Source: the human T2T-CHM13v2.0 reference genome, Homo sapiens. From it: DNA of 64,000 nucleotides. Numbering within the stretch: the first letter of the stretch is position 1; each line of letters begins with the position of its first letter. The notes beneath the pieces are model-generated. The model worked only from the letters and a program-made list of their open reading frames with translations, was not told the DNA's origin and did no database searches. The DNA lies in the NCBI RefSeq assembly GCF_009914755.1, contig NC_060947.1. The stretch is one strand, 5' to 3'. Shown piece by piece: positions 60,126-64,000 of this stretch. The translations under genes were made by a program, and so were the position numbers.

Positions 60126-61080
60126 AGCATATATAACATATATTACATCCCTGGACATGCAATAAATGCTCAGTTACATAGTAAATTCTTGCACTCAGCC
60201 ATAGACATAAATCACAAAATAATCAACAAAAATTTGAAAATCTTCTAGATTCCTCTAGATTTCTCTATTTCCACTATATGCACTAATTCAAAACCTAAAA
60301 GGAAATTGATGCTAAGTTCTCAGTGTTACCTCATTCTACCAGAAACCCCAGCAAGAGAGGTGAGGCTGGTATTCATTTGACTTGCCATCATCACACAACA
60401 CACAAGGAAACTGTCTCCTTTGTTTAAAAGCAATGTTCTCCTCCTTATATGTCTATAGGCTTAGTGTGCCAAATTGGGGGCCATATGAAGCATAAGCCCA
60501 TGCTTATGCATTATGGCCACTGATATCAGCTGTTCCCACACACCTAAAATTTATGCCAACTACACATATGCTGAAATGAAGTGACTCTACCTCTAGACAC
60601 ACTGCCTATCTATCCAAAACCTCAACCATGACCACTGTGCTTCTGAACATGGTACAGATTGAGACTGTGGACAGGAGCACTGAAGCAGCTACACTCAGAA
60701 AGCAACCGTGGCTCAAGAGGAAAGAGCAGTTAAAACAGCCCAGCTGCCTTTGCGCCGGTCAAATGCCAAGCTCTCCAACAAAGACTTTACATATATGGAG
60801 TATATTTTTCACAAGTTTTGCAAATTTTACCCCCAATGAACTCAGTATTCTCTGATGAGAAACACCCCCCTTTTATTCTTCCTAGGATATATTCAATGAC
60901 AGGAAATTGCTTAGCATATAGTAGAGAGTCAATAAATATGTAGTTTTTGATTGAGATTCAGGAATATTTAGAGTCTCTACAGGGCTCAACTAAAACAGCC
61001 AGCTGTATTAATACAAACCGTCCCTCAGAGGCTCTTTTAGAAATTGTCTCTAAACTGTCTCTAAAGTGCTGAATAATGGG

Positions 61081-61572
61081 TATAGCAGACAGCTCTGGTT
61101 TGCTGCCCAGCATCCATTTTTTCCTCCTTCATGGCAACAGAATCCTGAACTTTCTCTATTAGATAATTTGCAAAGGATTAACCTTACTACCAACCTCTGG
61201 AGGTGAACTCTGAGTGGCTTAAGCCAATTGGCATTTTCCAAAAACCTAAACATATTATTATTACTGCAAATGGTAAGACACATCCACTTGTCTCCTGAAC
61301 AAGGAGACGTATTCATAAGGAGTTGTTCACAGCTATCTGTGACCTAAGGAGTAACTGGCACTAGGATGATGTCAACACCGTTGAAGACAGAGAGGAAAGA
61401 CAAAAATAAACTAGGTCCTTGATGATCCTATTTGGTCACTGAATCGGACCATGTAAAATTCACAGTATCTCTGGATTATTCAGTTGTGTAAGTCTATACA
61501 TTACCTTTATAATTTAACAATTTTGAGTCAGGTTAGAAGTCATATGCAACCAAAAACATCCTCATTTATACA
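61081..61572 (+). mobile_element. Old MaLR LTR (MLT1J/K-like)
   Basis: tatagcagac start; ggcttaagccaat; end tgcaaccaaaaacatcctcatttataca. Confidence 0.7.
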
Positions 61573-62389
61573 CTGGTCATTGTGAAATAAAATTCAAACT
61601 GGTACTTAGAGAGGTGAAGATGTCTTTTCTGAGGGACATATCCATAGTGTCTTCTATAAAAGAAATAAAGATTTTTCATAAGTACTTGCAAACCCATAGG
61701 ACAGTCTCTGTAATCTTATTATACCACCAGAACAAACTGAAGTCCTTTCTTCTGCCCTTGGGTGAGTTATTCCTTCAACTGTTGGTTAGTGATAGATCAT
61801 ACTGCTTCACAGAGTGCAATTTCAGAAGCCTAAGATGGATTCCATTTCTTGTGGAAATGCACCTGAATGTTCTTTGGACCTTAATGTACTCCATTCACAT
61901 CACTAGCTTCCTTAAAAGACTCCTATACAAATGTTACAACACTGTGGAAGTATAAATTTGGATCAGTAATAAAGATAGAGATCTACTGAGAAGAATTACT
62001 GAACACAATCCTGTTCTATGAGGCATGTATGACCATGGGCTATTTGGAGTTAGTCTGAAGAAGAAATGGGGATTACTGCCAAGCATCCTGGATACCTAAT
62101 TTAAGGTATACAATCCCATGAGAGCAGACCCTCTTTAGAAGTGTAATCAGAGCCTCCTATGTAACAATACATAAATCAGGTCTCTGCCTTTTCTTAAGAA
62201 AAAATACCTTTTTCATGCTGACATTTGATGACTAAAACATAGGATCCCATTTTTCACTGATTTTCATGAAATATCTAAACTCCAGGAACCCAGTCTTGAT
62301 TTGACTGCTGTCTAGTTCTTGCCAGAATCCTAGCTAAGTGGTACTGGCACAAGAATTGACAGACATTGACAGAACTGCATACATTTCAC

Positions 62390-63975
<1,586 letters not shown>

Positions 63976-64000
63976 AGATGACCATAAATATATGAAAATA

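Overview
AT-rich hominid (human/great-ape type) genomic DNA, intergenic or deep intronic. I can support no host protein-coding exon, RNA gene or CpG-island promoter. It is dominated by interspersed repeats: roughly a third is LINE-1 by my coordinates, plus six Alus, MaLR/ERVL LTRs, MER DNA transposons and old MIR/L2/L3 fragments. Nearly all long ORFs in the supplied track are L1 ORF1/ORF2, Alu or MaLR derived. I found no new biological system. The notable items are structural: (1) a young L1PA2-like element with uninterrupted ORF2 frames, a twin-priming 5' inversion and a 29-nt 3' transduction, nested in an older L1PA8-10-like element, creating a ~1.3 kb inverted repeat; (2) a chimeric THE1 provirus with two different LTR subfamilies, no TSD and discordant flanks, suggesting a recombination breakpoint; (3) a ~220 bp locally templated duplication whose donor and acceptor can be inferred; (4) a second twin-primed L1. 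Repeat subfamily names come from recalled consensus features and need RepeatMasker/Dfam confirmation.
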